A DNA stretch of 64,000 bases from Mobula hypostoma (GCF_963921235.1 NC_086097.1:26848001-26912000); one strand, 5' to 3'. Counted from the stretch's first letter, positions 24,456-37,105 are shown. Notes: a model not told the origin generated them from the letters alone. A program made the numbers and translations.

Positions 24456-24466
24456 TATTAACTAGA

Positions 24467-25235
24467 CAGGAGTCCCCAACCTTTTTTGAACCGCAGACTG
24501 GTTTAATATTGACAATATTCTTGCGGACTGGCTGATCCGGGGGGGCGGGGGGGTGTTCAAGTAGGGTTAAACTCACCTCAGCCTGTCTTTTACAGTTAGG
24601 GCCAACTTTCTCATTCCCAAATAAGGGACAGAAGTAGCAGTCAAATACGGGACACTTGTGTTTACCCCGAGAAAGACCACCATGACCATGAAGCCTCGCA
24701 CCCACCTGTTTGCGTATGCATGACATGCGCATGCGCGTATGTGCCGATTTTTTTTCCCACAAATTAGTTTTGGCTTAATCTTCCTGACTACACTGTACAT
24801 ACGTTATTTCTACTTTATATAGGCTGTGCATTTATCATATCATTCCTGCTTTTACTGTATGTTAGTGTTATTTTCGGTTTTGTGTGTTATTTGGTATGAT
24901 TTGGTAGGTTATATTTGGGTCTGGGAACGCTCAAAAATGTTTCCCATATAAATTAATGGTAATTGCTTCTTCGCTTTACGCCATTTCGACATGAGAGGTT
25001 TCATAGGAACACTCTACCTTAGCGGGGGAAATACAGGAAAAGGGCGGTCCCGTATGAGACAAACCAGTTTAGCCCAATATACGGGATGTCCTGACAAATA
25101 CGGGACAGTTGGCAACCCTATGTTCAAGTTCAACAGTGCGTGACAGGGAATGAGTTAAGGTGCAGCTGACTCATATCGTTTCCTCACGGCCCGGTAGCAC
25201 ATGCTTTGTGGCCCGGTACCGGTTGGGGACCGGTG
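24467..25235. mobile_element. Composite hAT MITE containing a nested hAT (24562-25120) that carries a Tigger-end fragment
   Basis: Outer TIRs CAGGAGTCCCCAAC / GTTGGGGACCGGTG. Inner TAGGGTT...GGCAACCCTA with 8-bp TSD TGTTCAAG. Segment 24790-25030 is reverse-similar to 50711-51120. Confidence 0.75.
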
Positions 25236-26265
25236 CACGAGACTACCAATTACATCCCAGCCCAGAGATATCATTGGAGGTCTATTTGAGGCCGAACACA
25301 CCAGTACAAGATAGCAAGAGCAAAGTAGAACCCTATAACTCCATATTCCATAATCTGCCTCCACCTTTCATCGCGCTTCGAGTCCAGATGGTAGTGAATC
25401 TGTGGAATTCATTGTTGGATATATTTAAGGCGGAGGTTGATAGATTCTTGATTAGAAGGGATATCAAAGGTTATGGAGAGAAGGCAGGGGAATGGGGTTG
25501 AGAGGGATTATAATCTATTTCTACTATATCTTATGGATCTATGGAATCCTACATCAAATGCAGGAGGAACTCAAAGGGGTCAGGCAGCATTTACTGCGGA
25601 AAGTGGGCTGTTGACACCGGGTCAAGACCCTTCACCCCAATATGATCTGCCTGTGACATCTTGCTTTGAGCTTCTCTCCCCATTTCTGCAGTTTAACTGA
25701 GGCCAAACACTATCTGACATGCCACCTGTCCCTTCTGTGGCTGGGCGGAGTCAGTGTATCGAGTGTAAGTGGAATGTGAGAGGTTGCGGCCTCTGAATAC
25801 CTCGAGGGGCTGATCCTCAAGTCTTGGTTACACTTCAGCCCCACTCTCCTGACCTACAGGGGTGGGGGGGTGGGGAGAGAGACGCTCAGGAGAATCCCTT
25901 GGTTGGCTTGCCCCTGGGCCTGGGTGAGCTGAGCATTCACAGGTCCAGGTGGTGGGCAGATGAGGGAACGTTCCAAACTGACCTGCTTGCCCCTTGGGTT
26001 ACGTTGGTGGAGAAGGGCACAATGGGAGATTTCGGAGAACGCAGCTCAGTGGCTCAACTGTGTAATAATCGTATGTCAATTTGAAACTGTAAATAGTTTA
26101 TGAAACCCTGACTTATTGTATAACGTTTGTGAATAAACTCTTGTAACTTAAAAAAAGAGTTTCTTTAAGTCCTTAGGGATATCCTGAGGTCATAAAAAGA
26201 ATATTTCCAAAAATGGCTGTTTCTCTTTCTAAACTTTTATGTTTTCCTTCCTTCCTTGTTGCCAG

Positions 26266-26436
26266 GATATGGGTGAGTCCTCTGTATCCGCGGTTACCAG
26301 AAAGGAGTCCTGAAACAGCCGGTGAATCTGCCACTGGCTTCAAACGGGATTTGATTGACTACCTGGCATCGTACCGGTCATCTGGGCTGGCTGAGTGGAT
26401 TGATCACGTTAAGCAGCATGACTTATCGTTAACCAG
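26266..26436 (+). CDS. TDP1: TDP1 coding exon (171 bp), IWVSPLYPRLPERSPETAGESATGFKRDLIDYLASYRSSGLAEWIDHVKQHDLSLT(R)
   Basis: Pyrimidine tract plus ccag acceptor, gtaaac donor. Matches TDP1 IWLSPLYP...GES.T.FK.DLI.YL..Y....L.EWID....HDLS. Confidence 0.95.
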
Positions 26437-28408
26437 GTAAACCTCGCATTCTGACTTGCTAGGGCCCCCCTTTCAGAGAGTGGTGAGAGTGTGGGGGTAT
26501 GCCACCCTCACTGAGGGGTAAAGATGTTCAAGAGCAGACTAGATGATAGAGTTACACAGCACGGAAACTGGCCATTCAGCCCAACTTGTCCATGCTGATC
26601 AAGATGGCCAGCTAAGCTAGTCCCCTTTGACTGCATTTGGCCCAACTCAGTTTATTTATTTCCTTCTCAGTATTATTAATTTACTTACTTTATTTTGTAT
26701 TTACGTAGTTTGCACGTTGGTTGTTTGTCAATCTTTGTGTGTAGTCTTTCACTGATTCAATTGTATTTCTTTGTTTTTCTGTGAATGCCTGCAAAAGAAT
26801 GAACCTCAAACTAGTATACAGTGATGTATATGTACTTCGATAGTTAATTAACTTTGAACTCCCTCCAAACCTTTCCCAAACAAATGTTAATGTACGTGCC
26901 TCAACCACTTCCTCTCACAGCTCATCCCTTATACAAATCATTCTCTGTGCCCTTGAAATCTCAGTTAAATCTTTCCCCTCACTTTAGATCTGTGCCCTCT
27001 AGTGTTGTTGGAAAAAGTCTCTGTGCTTTCACCCTGCCTGTGCCCTTCATGTTTTTATGCACATCTATAAAACCTTAAGACATAGGAGCAGAATTAGACA
27101 TTCGACCCATTCAGTCACCTCCGTCATTCGATCACGGCTTATTTATTTTCCCTCTTAACTCCATTCTTCTGCCTTCTGTCCATAGCCTTTGACACCCTTA
27201 CTAAGCAAGAAACTACCAATCTCTCCTTTCAATATATCCAGTGACTTGGCCTCCACGGCCTTCTGTGGCAATGAATTCCACAGATTCAACACCCTCTAGC
27301 AGGGATTCCTTTAGCCAATCTCTTTTCTGAAGGGACATCCTTGTATTCTGAGGCCATACCCCATGGTTCTAGACTCCTCCACTGTGGCAACATCTTCTCC
27401 ACGCTCACTGGGCATTTCACTATTTGATAGGTTTCATTGAGATCCCCCCAACCCCTCATTTTTCTAAACCCCAGCAAGTACAAACCCAGAGCCATCAAAA
27501 GCTCCACGTACATTAATTCTGGAATTATTCTTGTAAACCTTCTCCAGACCCTCTTCAGTGCCAGCGCATCCTTCTTTGGGTCATTGCCATCATTATGTGC
27601 CAGGTCTTATGTGGGTGATCAAGGTCTCATCACCATGATTGATCTCGGCAAATTTTTCTACAGAAGTGGTTTGAAGTCGCCGCCTTCCGGGCAGTGTCTT
27701 TACAAGACGGGTGACCCCAGCTATTATTAATACTGTTGAGAAATTGCCTGATGCCAGTGGTTGTATAACCAGCACTTGTGAGATCCACCAGCTGCTCATA
27801 TGGCTTCATGTAACCCTGTTTGGGGGGTGGTGGGGGGGGGCTAAGCAGGTGCTACACCTTGCCCAAGGGTGACCTGCAGGTTACTGCCTTCCACCTCCTT
27901 TGGTAGAGGCCTAACTCCATGCCGCACCCGGATATGGGGCCCAAAACCCCTCATTCTCCGACACACCAAGAAGTCCTTGATTTTCCAACTTCTTCCCATA
28001 ACACAGTACATCAAGAGCCAGCAGCATCATAAATGTTTTCAGCACTCTTTCTAGTCCAGTAAACTCTTTCCTATAGCAGGACGACCAACACTGCAGCAAT
28101 ACTCCAAGTGCTGCTTCACCAGTGTCTGTACAACTGCAACATAATATCCCAACTTATACACTCAGTGCCAAAGTTGATGAAGGCCGGCGTGCCAGAAGCC
28201 GCCTTCACCGCCCTACCTACCTGTGGCAGCTCTTTCAGGAAAGGTTGTCACTGGAAGGAGAAAGGGATGGAAGTACAGCAAAAGTCTTGGCACATTAAAA
28301 AGAAAATCTGTAAAGTGAAGATAAAAATAATGGAATGAAATGTTTTTAAATATCAAAAAAAACTATAAAGAGCAGTAAACAGTTAAAAATAACTTAAATC
28401 AAATCAAT

Positions 28409-30549
28409 CTTATTTACCCCTCGTTCGTGACCCCACTAAAGAGCACCAGGCCATTGTCTCCCACACCATCACCGACTTTATCCGCTCAGGGGATCTCCCA
28501 TCCACTGCTACCAACCTTATAGTTCCCACACCCCGCACTTCCCGTTTCTACCTCCTACCCAAGATCCACAAACCTGCCTGTCCTGGCCGACCTATTGTCT
28601 CAGTTTGCTCCTGCCCCACCGAACTCATTTCTGCATACCTCGACACTGTTTTATCACCCCTTGTTCAATCCCTTCCGACCTATGTTCCTGACACTTCTCA
28701 CGCTCTTAAACTTTCCGATGATTTTAAGTTCCCTGGCCCCCACCGCTTTATTTTCACCATGGATGTCCAGTCCCTATATACTTCCATCCCCCATCAGGAA
28801 AGTCTCAAAGCTCTACGCTTCTTTTTGGATTCCAGACCTAATCAGTTCCCCTCTACCACCACTCTGCTCCGTCTAGCAGAATTAGTCCTTACTCTTAATA
28901 ATTTCTCCTTTGGCTCCTCCCACTTCCTCCAAACTAAAGGTGTAGCTATGGGCACCCGTATGGGTCCTAGCTATGCCTGCCTTTTTGTTGGGTTTGTGGA
29001 ACAATCTATGTTCCGTGCCTATTCTGGTATCTGTCCCCCACTTTTCCTTCGCTACATCGACAACTGCATTGGCGCTGCTTCCTGCACGCATGCAGAACTC
29101 GTTGACTTTATTAACTTTGCCTCCAACTTTCACCCTGCCCTCAAGTTTACCTGGTCCATTTCCGACACCTCCCTCCCCTTTCTAGATCTTTCTGTCTCTG
29201 TCTCTGGAGACAGCTTATCCACTGATGTCTACTATAAGCCTACTGACTCACAGCTATCTGGACTATTCCTCTTCTCACCCTGTCTCTTGCAAAAACGCCA
29301 TCCCCTTCTCACAATTCCTCCGTCTCCGCCGCATCTGCTCTCAGGATGAGGCTTTTCATTCTAGGACGAGGGAGATGTCTTCCTTTTTTAAAGAAAAGGG
29401 CTTCCCTTCCTCCACTGTCAACTCTGCTCTTAAACGCATCTCCCCCATTTCACGTACATCTGCTCTCACTCCATCCTCCCACCACCCCACTAGGAATAGG
29501 GTTCCCCTGGTCCTCGCCTACCATCCCACCAGCCTCCAGGTCCAACATATTATTCTCCGTAACTTCCGCCACCTCCAACGGGATCCCACCACTAAGCACA
29601 TCTTTCCCTCCCCCCCCCCTCTCTCCATTCCGCAGGGATCGCTCCCTACACAACTCCCTTGTCCATTCGTCCCCCCCATTCCTCCCCACTGATCTCCCTC
29701 CTGGCACTTATCCGTGTAAGCGGAACAAGTGCTACACATGCCCTTACACTTCCTCCCTTACCACCATTCAGGGCCCCAAACAGTCCTTCCAGGTGAGGCA
29801 TCACTTCACCTGTGAGTCGACTGGGGTGATATACTGCGTCCGGTGCTCCCGATGTGGCCTTTTATATAGGCGAGACCCGACGCAGACTGGGAGACCGCTT
29901 TGCTGAACATCTACGCTCTGTCCGCCAGAGAAAGCAGGATCTCCCAGTGGCCACACATTTTAATTCCACATCCCATTCCCATTCTGACATGTCTATCCAC
30001 GGCCTCCTCTACTGTAAAGATGAAGCCACACTCAGGTTGGAGGAACAACACCTTATATTCCGTCTGGGTAGCCTCCAACCTGATGGCATAAACATCGACT
30101 TCTCTAACTTCCGCTAAGGCCCCACCTCCCCCTCGTACCCCATCTGTTACTCATTTTTATGCACACATTCTTTCTCTCACTCTCCTTTTTCTCCCTCTGT
30201 CCCTCTGAATATACCTCTTGCCCATCCTCTGGGTCACCCCCCCCCCGTCTTTCTTCCCGGACCTCCTGTCCCATGATCCTCTCGTATCCCCTTTTGCCTA
30301 TCACCTGACCAGCTCTTGGCTCCATCCCTCCCCCTCCTGTCTTCTCCTATCATTTTGGATCTCCCCCTCCCCCTCCAGCTTTCAAATCCCTTACTCACTC
30401 TTCCTTCAGTTAGGCCTGACGAAGGGTCTCGGCCTGAAACGTCGACTGCACCTCTTCCTAGAGATGCTGCTTGGCCTGCTGCGTTCACCAGCAACTTTGA
30501 TGTATGTAGCTTGAATTTCCAGCATCTGCAGAATTCCTGTTGTTTTTGT
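28409..30549 (+). mobile_element. Penelope-like retroelement (RT + Cys-rich linker + GIY-YIG endonuclease), 5'-truncated and frameshifted
   Basis: DVQSLYTSIP, QTKGVAMG, RYIDN (YIDD decayed), LPFLD, CKRNKCYTC and VIYCVRCSRC...YIGET.RRL..RF.EH. 15-bp TSD TTAAATCAAATCAAT at 28394-28408 and 30550-30564. Confidence 0.92.
30411..30448 (+). ncRNA. Minimal type I hammerhead ribozyme motif in the Penelope 3' region
   Basis: CUGACGA (30416-30422), helix II AGG/CCU, GAAA (30436-30439), palindromic ACGU helix III, GUC cleavage triplet (30441-30443). Helix I TAGGC/GACTG has one mismatch. Confidence 0.7.
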
Positions 30550-30936
30550 TTAAATCAAATCAATGTTTGGTATGACCACCCATTGCCTTTAAAACAATTT
30601 AAATTAATTCTCTTAGGTACATTGTCGTGCGGTTTTATGAGAAAATTGGCTGGTAGGTTGTTCCAAGCATCTTGGAGAAGTTGGTACAGTTCTTCTGCAG
30701 ACTTTGGCTGCTTCGCTTGCTTCTGTCTGTCCGGGTAATTCCGGACAGCCTTGATGATGTTGAGATCAGGGCTCTGCGGAGGCCACACCATCTTTTACCA
30801 CGTGGCTGCCTTAGACTTCTACACAGTACTGTACATGATTACGAGGGAAAGGTGGACCTCGTGTGTGGCAGATGGCCAGATGGGCCAAATGGCCTGTTCT
30901 GTGCTCACTCCGATTCAGGTTTATTTGTCACATGTA

Positions 30937-32562
30937 CAGTTGAAGTCAGAAGTTTACATACACCTTAGCCAAATACATTTAAACTCAGTTTTTCACAATT
31001 CCTGACATTTAATCCTAGAAAACATTCCCTGTCTTAGGTCAGTTAGGATCACTGCTTTATTTTAAGAATGTGAAATGTCAGAATAATAGTAGAGAGAATG
31101 ATTTATTTCAGCTTTTATTTCTTTCATCACTTTCTCAGTGGGTCAGAAGTTTACATACACTTTGTTAGTATTTGGTAGCATTGCCTTTAAATTGTTTAAC
31201 TTGGGTCAAATGTTTTGGGCAGCCTTCCACAAGCTTCTCACAGTAAGTTGCTGGAATTTTGTTCCATTCCTCCAGACAGAACTGGTGTAACTGAGTCAGG
31301 TTTGTAGGCCTCCTTGCTCGCACACACTTTTTCAGTTCTGCCCACAAATCTTTTATCGGATTGAGGTCAGAAAATGATGTCAAGTCTGTTTCATCCTTGG
31401 GAGCAATTTCCAAATGCCTGAAGGTACCACATTCATCTGTACGAACAATAGTACGCAAGTATAAACACCATGGGACCACGCAGCTGTCATACCGCTCAGG
31501 AAGGAGACGCATTCTGTCTCCTAGAGATGAATGTACTTTGGTGCGAAAAGTGCAAATCAATCCCAGAACAACAGGAAAGGACCTTGTGAAGATGCTGGAG
31601 GAAACAGGTAGACAAGTATCTATATCCACAGTAAAACGAGTCCTATGTCGACATAACCTGAAAGGAAGAAGCCACTGCTCCAAAACCACCATAAAAAAGC
31701 CAGACTACAGTTTGCAAGTGCACATGGGGACAAAGATATTACTTTTTGGAGAAATGTCCTCTGGTCTGATGAAACAAAAATTGAACTGTTTTGCAATAAC
31801 GACCATTGTTATGTTTGGAAGAAAAAGGGTGAGGCTTGCAAGCCAAAGAACACCATCCCAACCGTGAAGCATGGGGGTGGCAGCATCATGTTGTGGGGGC
31901 TGCTTTGCTGCAGGAGGGACTGGTGCACTTCACAAAATAGATGGCATCATGAGGAAGGAAAATTACGTGAATATATTGAAGCAACATCTCAAGACATCAG
32001 CCAGGAAGTTAAAGCTCGGTCGCAAATGGGTCTTCCAAATGGACAATGACCCCAAGCATACCTCCAAAGTTGTGGCAAAATTGCTTAAGGACAACAAAGT
32101 CAAGGTATTGGAGTGGCCATCACACAGCCCTGTCCTCAGTCCGTTAGAAAGTTTGTGGGCAGAACTGAAAGAGTGTGTGTGAGCAAGGAGGCCTACAAAC
32201 GTGACTCAGTTACACCAGTTCTGTCTAGAGGAATGGAACAAAATTCCAGCAACTTACCGTGAGAAGCTTGTGGAAGGCAACCCAAAACGCTTGACCCAAG
32301 TTAAACAATTTAAAGGCAATGCTACCAAATACTAACAAAGTGTATGTAAACTTCTGACCTCTGGGAAAGTGATGAAAGAAATAAAAGCTGAAATAAATCA
32401 TTCTCTCTACTATTATTCTGACATTTCACATTCTTAAGATAAAGTAGTGATCCTAACTGACGTAAGACAGGGAATGTTTTCTCAGATTAAATGTCAGGAA
32501 TTGTGAAAAACTTAGTTTAAATGTATTTGGCTAAGGTGTATGTAAACTTCTGACTTCAACTG
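30937..32562 (+). mobile_element. Sleeping Beauty-like Tc1 transposon (IR/DR type), inactive, with two right-type ends
   Basis: TA flanks (30935-36, 32563-64) and termini CAGTTGAAGTCAGAAGTTTACATACACC with an inner DR. Transposase remnants SSLGAISK, WSDETK, KHGGGSIMLWG, FQMDNDPKH and FKGNATKY, with frameshifts and a stop. Confidence 0.93.
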
Positions 32563-33767
32563 TACATAGAAACATAGTATTGTTTGTGTTAGCAAACACA
32601 AGCACACACACTTCTTCAGCCTCAGGACAGGCCTCCAGTCTCCACATACCAGAGTTGCTGGGCCTGAGTTCAGTTTTCCTACAGTAAGTGGAGAATTTAA
32701 ATTCAACCAGTTAAATAAATCTGAAATACAAAACATCAGCAGTGGTGACTGTGAGGCCATAGTGTTGTTAAAAATTCATTGTCGGTGTTCTTCAGAAAAG
32801 GAAACTTGGCATCATTACAACTACCAGCCCTTGTGACTCCTAACCCACCTCAGAATCAGATGCATTATCGCTGGGATATGTTGTGAAATTTGTTGTTTTG
32901 TCCAGTGTGGGACATAAAGAAGTTTCTGTAAGTTACACAAACATTGTTAAAAAATAAGTAGTTTGAGAAAAGAGCGAAATAGTGAGCTGGTGTGCATGAA
33001 CCGTTCAGAAATCAAGCTGTAACTAAAACACTGAGTGAGTCTCTTCAGGTTCCTGTCAATGCCCTAACAAAAAAGATTTTAAGAAAAGATTAGCTTTATT
33101 TGTCATGTGAAAATCAAAACATACAGTGAAATGTGTTGTTTGCGTCAAATCAAATCAGTGAGGATTGTGCTGGGCAGCCCACAAGTGTCACCCTGCTTCC
33201 GGTGCCAACGTAGCGTGCCCACAAGTAGCCCTAACCCGTACGCCTTTGGAACGTGGGGGGAAATAAAGCACTTGGAGGAAACCTAAACAAGAGAAGATGT
33301 GCAGATGCTGCAAATCCAGGGCAGCGCACGCAGAATGCTGGGGGATCTCAGCAGGTCAGACTGCATCATTGGAAATGAGTAAACAATTAACATTTTGGGC
33401 TGAGACCCTTCATTAGTCCTGAAGAATAATTTGGCATTGTGTTTGGCACATGCATCATGAAGCATAGGAACTATTCCCATACTATTCTGTGTGCGGAGGA
33501 TCTAGTCAGCCTGACCTGCCAGGCATCCTCACCTGCTCTGTATTTTGAAACTCCCACATTCTTTTGTATATGTTCTGTTAGCTGTTCCCCTTCACTCATG
33601 GGCCAGGGCACCTTGTTTAAGGCTTAAGCCCATGGTTTACTCTACGAGAGACTTCACGACTCCTCCGCTTTCCCTGCAGCTTAACAAGTTTGATTTGTCT
33701 CCGACCTAAAACGTTAACTCCTGTTTCTCTCCGCACAGGTGCAGAGAATTTCCAGCATTTTAAGTTA

Positions 33768-34200
33768 GAAACATAGAAACATAGAAACATAGAAAACCTA
33801 CAGCACAATACAGGCCCTTTGGCCCACAAAGTTGTGCCCAACATGTCCTTACCTTAGAAATTACTAGAGTTACCCATAGTCCTCTATTTTTCTAAGCTCC
33901 ATGTACCTATCCACAAGTCTCTTAAAAGACACTATCATATCCGCCTCCACCACCGTTGCTGGCAGCCCATTCCACGCACTCACCACTCTCTGCGTAAAAA
34001 AAAAAAACTTACCCGTGACATCTCCTGTTTACCTACTGCCAAGCACCCTAAACCTGTGCCCTCTTGTGGCAACCATTTCAGCCCTGGGGGAAAAAGCCTC
34101 TGACTATCCACACGATCAATGCCTCTCATCATCTTATACACCTCTATCAGATCACCTCTCATCCTCCGTTTATCCAAGGGGAAAAGGCCGAGTTCACTCT
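33768..34200 (-). mobile_element. CR1 3' end with (AGAAACAT)n tail
   Basis: RRMRGDLIEVYKMMRGIDRVDS on the minus strand; three copies of the 8-bp tail unit at about 33767-33795. Confidence 0.85.
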
Positions 34201-34714
34201 ACCTGTTTTCAAGTTGTAAAGGGATTTGGGGAAATGATGTTGGGTGGCTGGAATGCACTGCCAGGGATGGTGATACAACAGGGATATTTAAGGGACTCTT
34301 AAATGGGCACGTGGATGTAAGAAAAATGGAAAGTTATGGTCTGTGTAGGAGGGATGGGTTAGGTTAGCAACGTCATGGGCTAAAGAACTTGTGCTGACAG
34401 TTCTACATCCAGTATCCTCAAGCTAAGTTGATCTAATCTAAAAGACTAGTTAACCATACCTCTGTCTCTGAAGATGTTGCCTGATCTGCTGTTTTGTGTT
34501 TTTACTGATCTAGCTGTCATCACGTAACTGTCTGTGGGATCTTGCTCTGTGCTTCTTTGCATTTACGACAGTAACTACACTTGTAAACAAAAATCCTTCA
34601 CTTTTGGACATGTTGAGGTTTACGAAAAGCTCGCCTTGTGCTGATCACTTCACAGTTGTTCTAGCTATTTTATCTTTGATGATTGTGGCTCTTTCCACAC
34701 CGTTCCCTGTGCAG

Positions 34715-34793
34715 GGTTTACCTCATTGGTTCCACTCCTGGTCGTCACCAAGGTTACGAGAAGCAAAAGTGGGGTCACCTGAAACTCCGAAAG
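34715..34793 (+). CDS. TDP1: TDP1 coding exon (79 bp), [26 protein letters not shown]
   Basis: tgtgcag acceptor, gtatgt donor. Matches TDP1 [26 protein letters not shown]. Confidence 0.95.
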
Positions 34794-35419
34794 GTATGTA
34801 AATCCAGCTCGGCCATCACGCTAACTGTGGGGCAGGGGTGGTGGAGAAAATAACTTCTGTAGGCTGGCACACTGATGCTGTATAAAAGTCTTGAGCATGA
34901 CACCGTGAATGGGACTATAGGGTGACCGACATCTGCTGGAATGCTTTAAGAGGCGATAGTGAAATATAAATTGAATTGTTACTGTCAGAAGTTGTGGGGT
35001 ACAACAAAAATCATTGTTTTGTATGCCACCCATACAGATAATTTCATTGAGGTGGCACGAAGGAAAAACAATAGCAGAATGTAGGATGAAGTGTGAGAGT
35101 CCCAGAGAGAGTGCAGTGCAGGCAGAGAGTTGGGGTAAGGTCATAACAAGGTAGATTGTGAGGTCAGGAGTCCATTTTATTGTACTAACAGGTCCATCTA
35201 ATAGTCCGATAACTGCAGGATGGAAGTTGTCCTTGAACCTGGTTATACTTCAGGCTTATGCATCTTCTGCCCGAGGGGAGGAGGGAGAAGAGGGAATATC
35301 CAGTGTGGGAGGAGTCTTTGATTATGTTAGCTTCTATACTGAAGCAGTAGGAAGTGTAGGTAGAGTCCATGGAGGGGAGGTTGTTTCTTGTGTTGTTCTG
35401 AGCTGCGAGCCAATGCTTT

Positions 35420-35957
35420 TGAATTTAATTCTACTTCCCATTCCGACATGTCAGTCCATGATTTCCTCTACTGCCACGATGAGGCCACACTCAGGTTGGA
35501 GGAGCAGCACCTACTATTCCATCTGGGTAGCCTCCAACCTCATGGCATGAACATCGATTTCTCGAACTTCTGGTATTGCCCCCCCCCCACCCCTTCACTA
35601 TTCCCCATTCCCATTTCTGTCTCTCACCTTATCTCCTTACCATCTCCTCCCTCTGGTGCTCCTCCCCCTTCCGTGGCAGTCTATCCCCTCCTATCAGATT
35701 CCCCTTTCTCCAGCCCTTTATCTCTTTCACTAATCACCTTCCCAGCACTTTACTTCACCCCTCCCCTCTCCCAGTTCCACCTATCACCTACTGCCTTGTA
35801 CTTCTTCCTCCCCTGCCCCCACCTTCTTACTTAGACTTCTCATCTCATCTTCTTCAGTCCTGCCGAAAGGGTCTCGGCCCGAAACGCCAACTGTTTACAC
35901 TTTTCCATTGATGCTGCCTGGCCTGCTGAGTTCCTCCAGCATTTTATGTGTGTCGCT
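35420..35957 (+). mobile_element. Penelope 3' fragment with degenerate hammerhead motif
   Basis: EATLRLEEQHLLFHLGSLQP.GMNIDF, then CAGTCCTGCCGAAAGGGTCTCGGCCCGAAACGCCAACTG. Confidence 0.8.
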
Positions 35958-36579
35958 ATCGAATTGAAAACCATGATAATCTGGATGCACAACACACTAA
36001 AAGCTAGAGATTCCCAGCAAGCCAAGCAGTATCTATGGAGAGGGATAAATCTTGCCCTTTCAGGCTGGGGCCCTTCATCAGGACTGACTGGAAAGAAAGG
36101 GAGGAAGGAAGACATAGTAAATCCCCTTCCTTTCTGATCACGATGAAGGTCTTGGCCCAGAACATTGAATATTTATTCCTCTCCGTACATGCTGCCTGAC
36201 TGGTTGAGTTCTTCCAACATTCTGTGTGCGTGTTGCTCAAGATTTCCAACTTCTCTAGAATCTCTTGTGTTATCGACAAGTATGTCAAGATCTTTTCAGT
36301 AGCGAGAGAATCTCAAACAAGGGGGCATAAGGCATCAGTCAATTAAAAGCAAGGTACATGGAAGTTCCTTCTTGCAGGAAGTCTCTAGAATTCTTTGCCC
36401 TGGAGTTTTCTGCAGCCATCTCCTCAGAAGAATTTAAAGTGAAGATAGGTAGATTGTTGAAAAATCAGGGAATTGCGGGGTTGTGGGTATCTGGCACAGA
36501 GGAGGGGTATGCACCTGGGGCAGATCAGCCAGGATTATATTGATGGGCTGAATGGCCTATTTCATTGTGCTCTTTCAGA

Positions 36580-37105
36580 GGAGATTTACCAGGATGCTGA
36601 GCATGTCTTAATGAGAATAGGTTGAGCAAGCTAAGAATTTCCTCCTTGGAGTGGAGGAGGATGAGAGGGGACTTAGTAAAGATGTACAAGATGATAAGAG
36701 GCATAGATGGAGTGGACAGCCTGAGGCATTTTCCCGAGGCAGAAGAGGCTAACATGTGGTAGCATGCTTTTAAGGTGTGATAGGGGTGAGGATGTTAGAG
36801 GTAAGTTCATTACACAGAGAGTTGTGGGTGTGTGGGAACGTATACCGGCGGTGATAGGGGTGAGGATGTTAGAGGTAAGTTCATTATACGGAGAGTTGTG
36901 GGTGTGTGGGAACGTATACCGGCGGTGATAGTAGAGGCAGATACATTAGGGGCATTTAGGAAAATGTTCGATAGGCACATGGATGATAGAAGAATGGAGG
37001 GCTCTGTCAAAGGGAAGTGTTAGATTGTTCTTAGAGGAGATTAAAAAGTCAACACGACATCATTGGCCAAAGGGCCCACTCTGAGCTATAATGTTCTCTG
37101 TTCTC
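36580..37105 (+). mobile_element. CR1 3' fragment with an internal 74-bp tandem duplication, ending at a TDP1 splice acceptor
   Basis: RRMRGDLVKMYKMIRGID coding remnant and CR1-type 3' end. Repeat unit starts at 36777 and 36851. Confidence 0.8.

Larger units (their letters stand above)
28280..30795 (-). mobile_element. Tc1 transposon 3' relic interrupted by a Penelope element
   Basis: Minus-strand WPPQSPDLNII...SAEELYQLLQDAWNNLP at 30555-30791. AT-rich flank resumes across the Penelope TSD. Confidence 0.7.
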
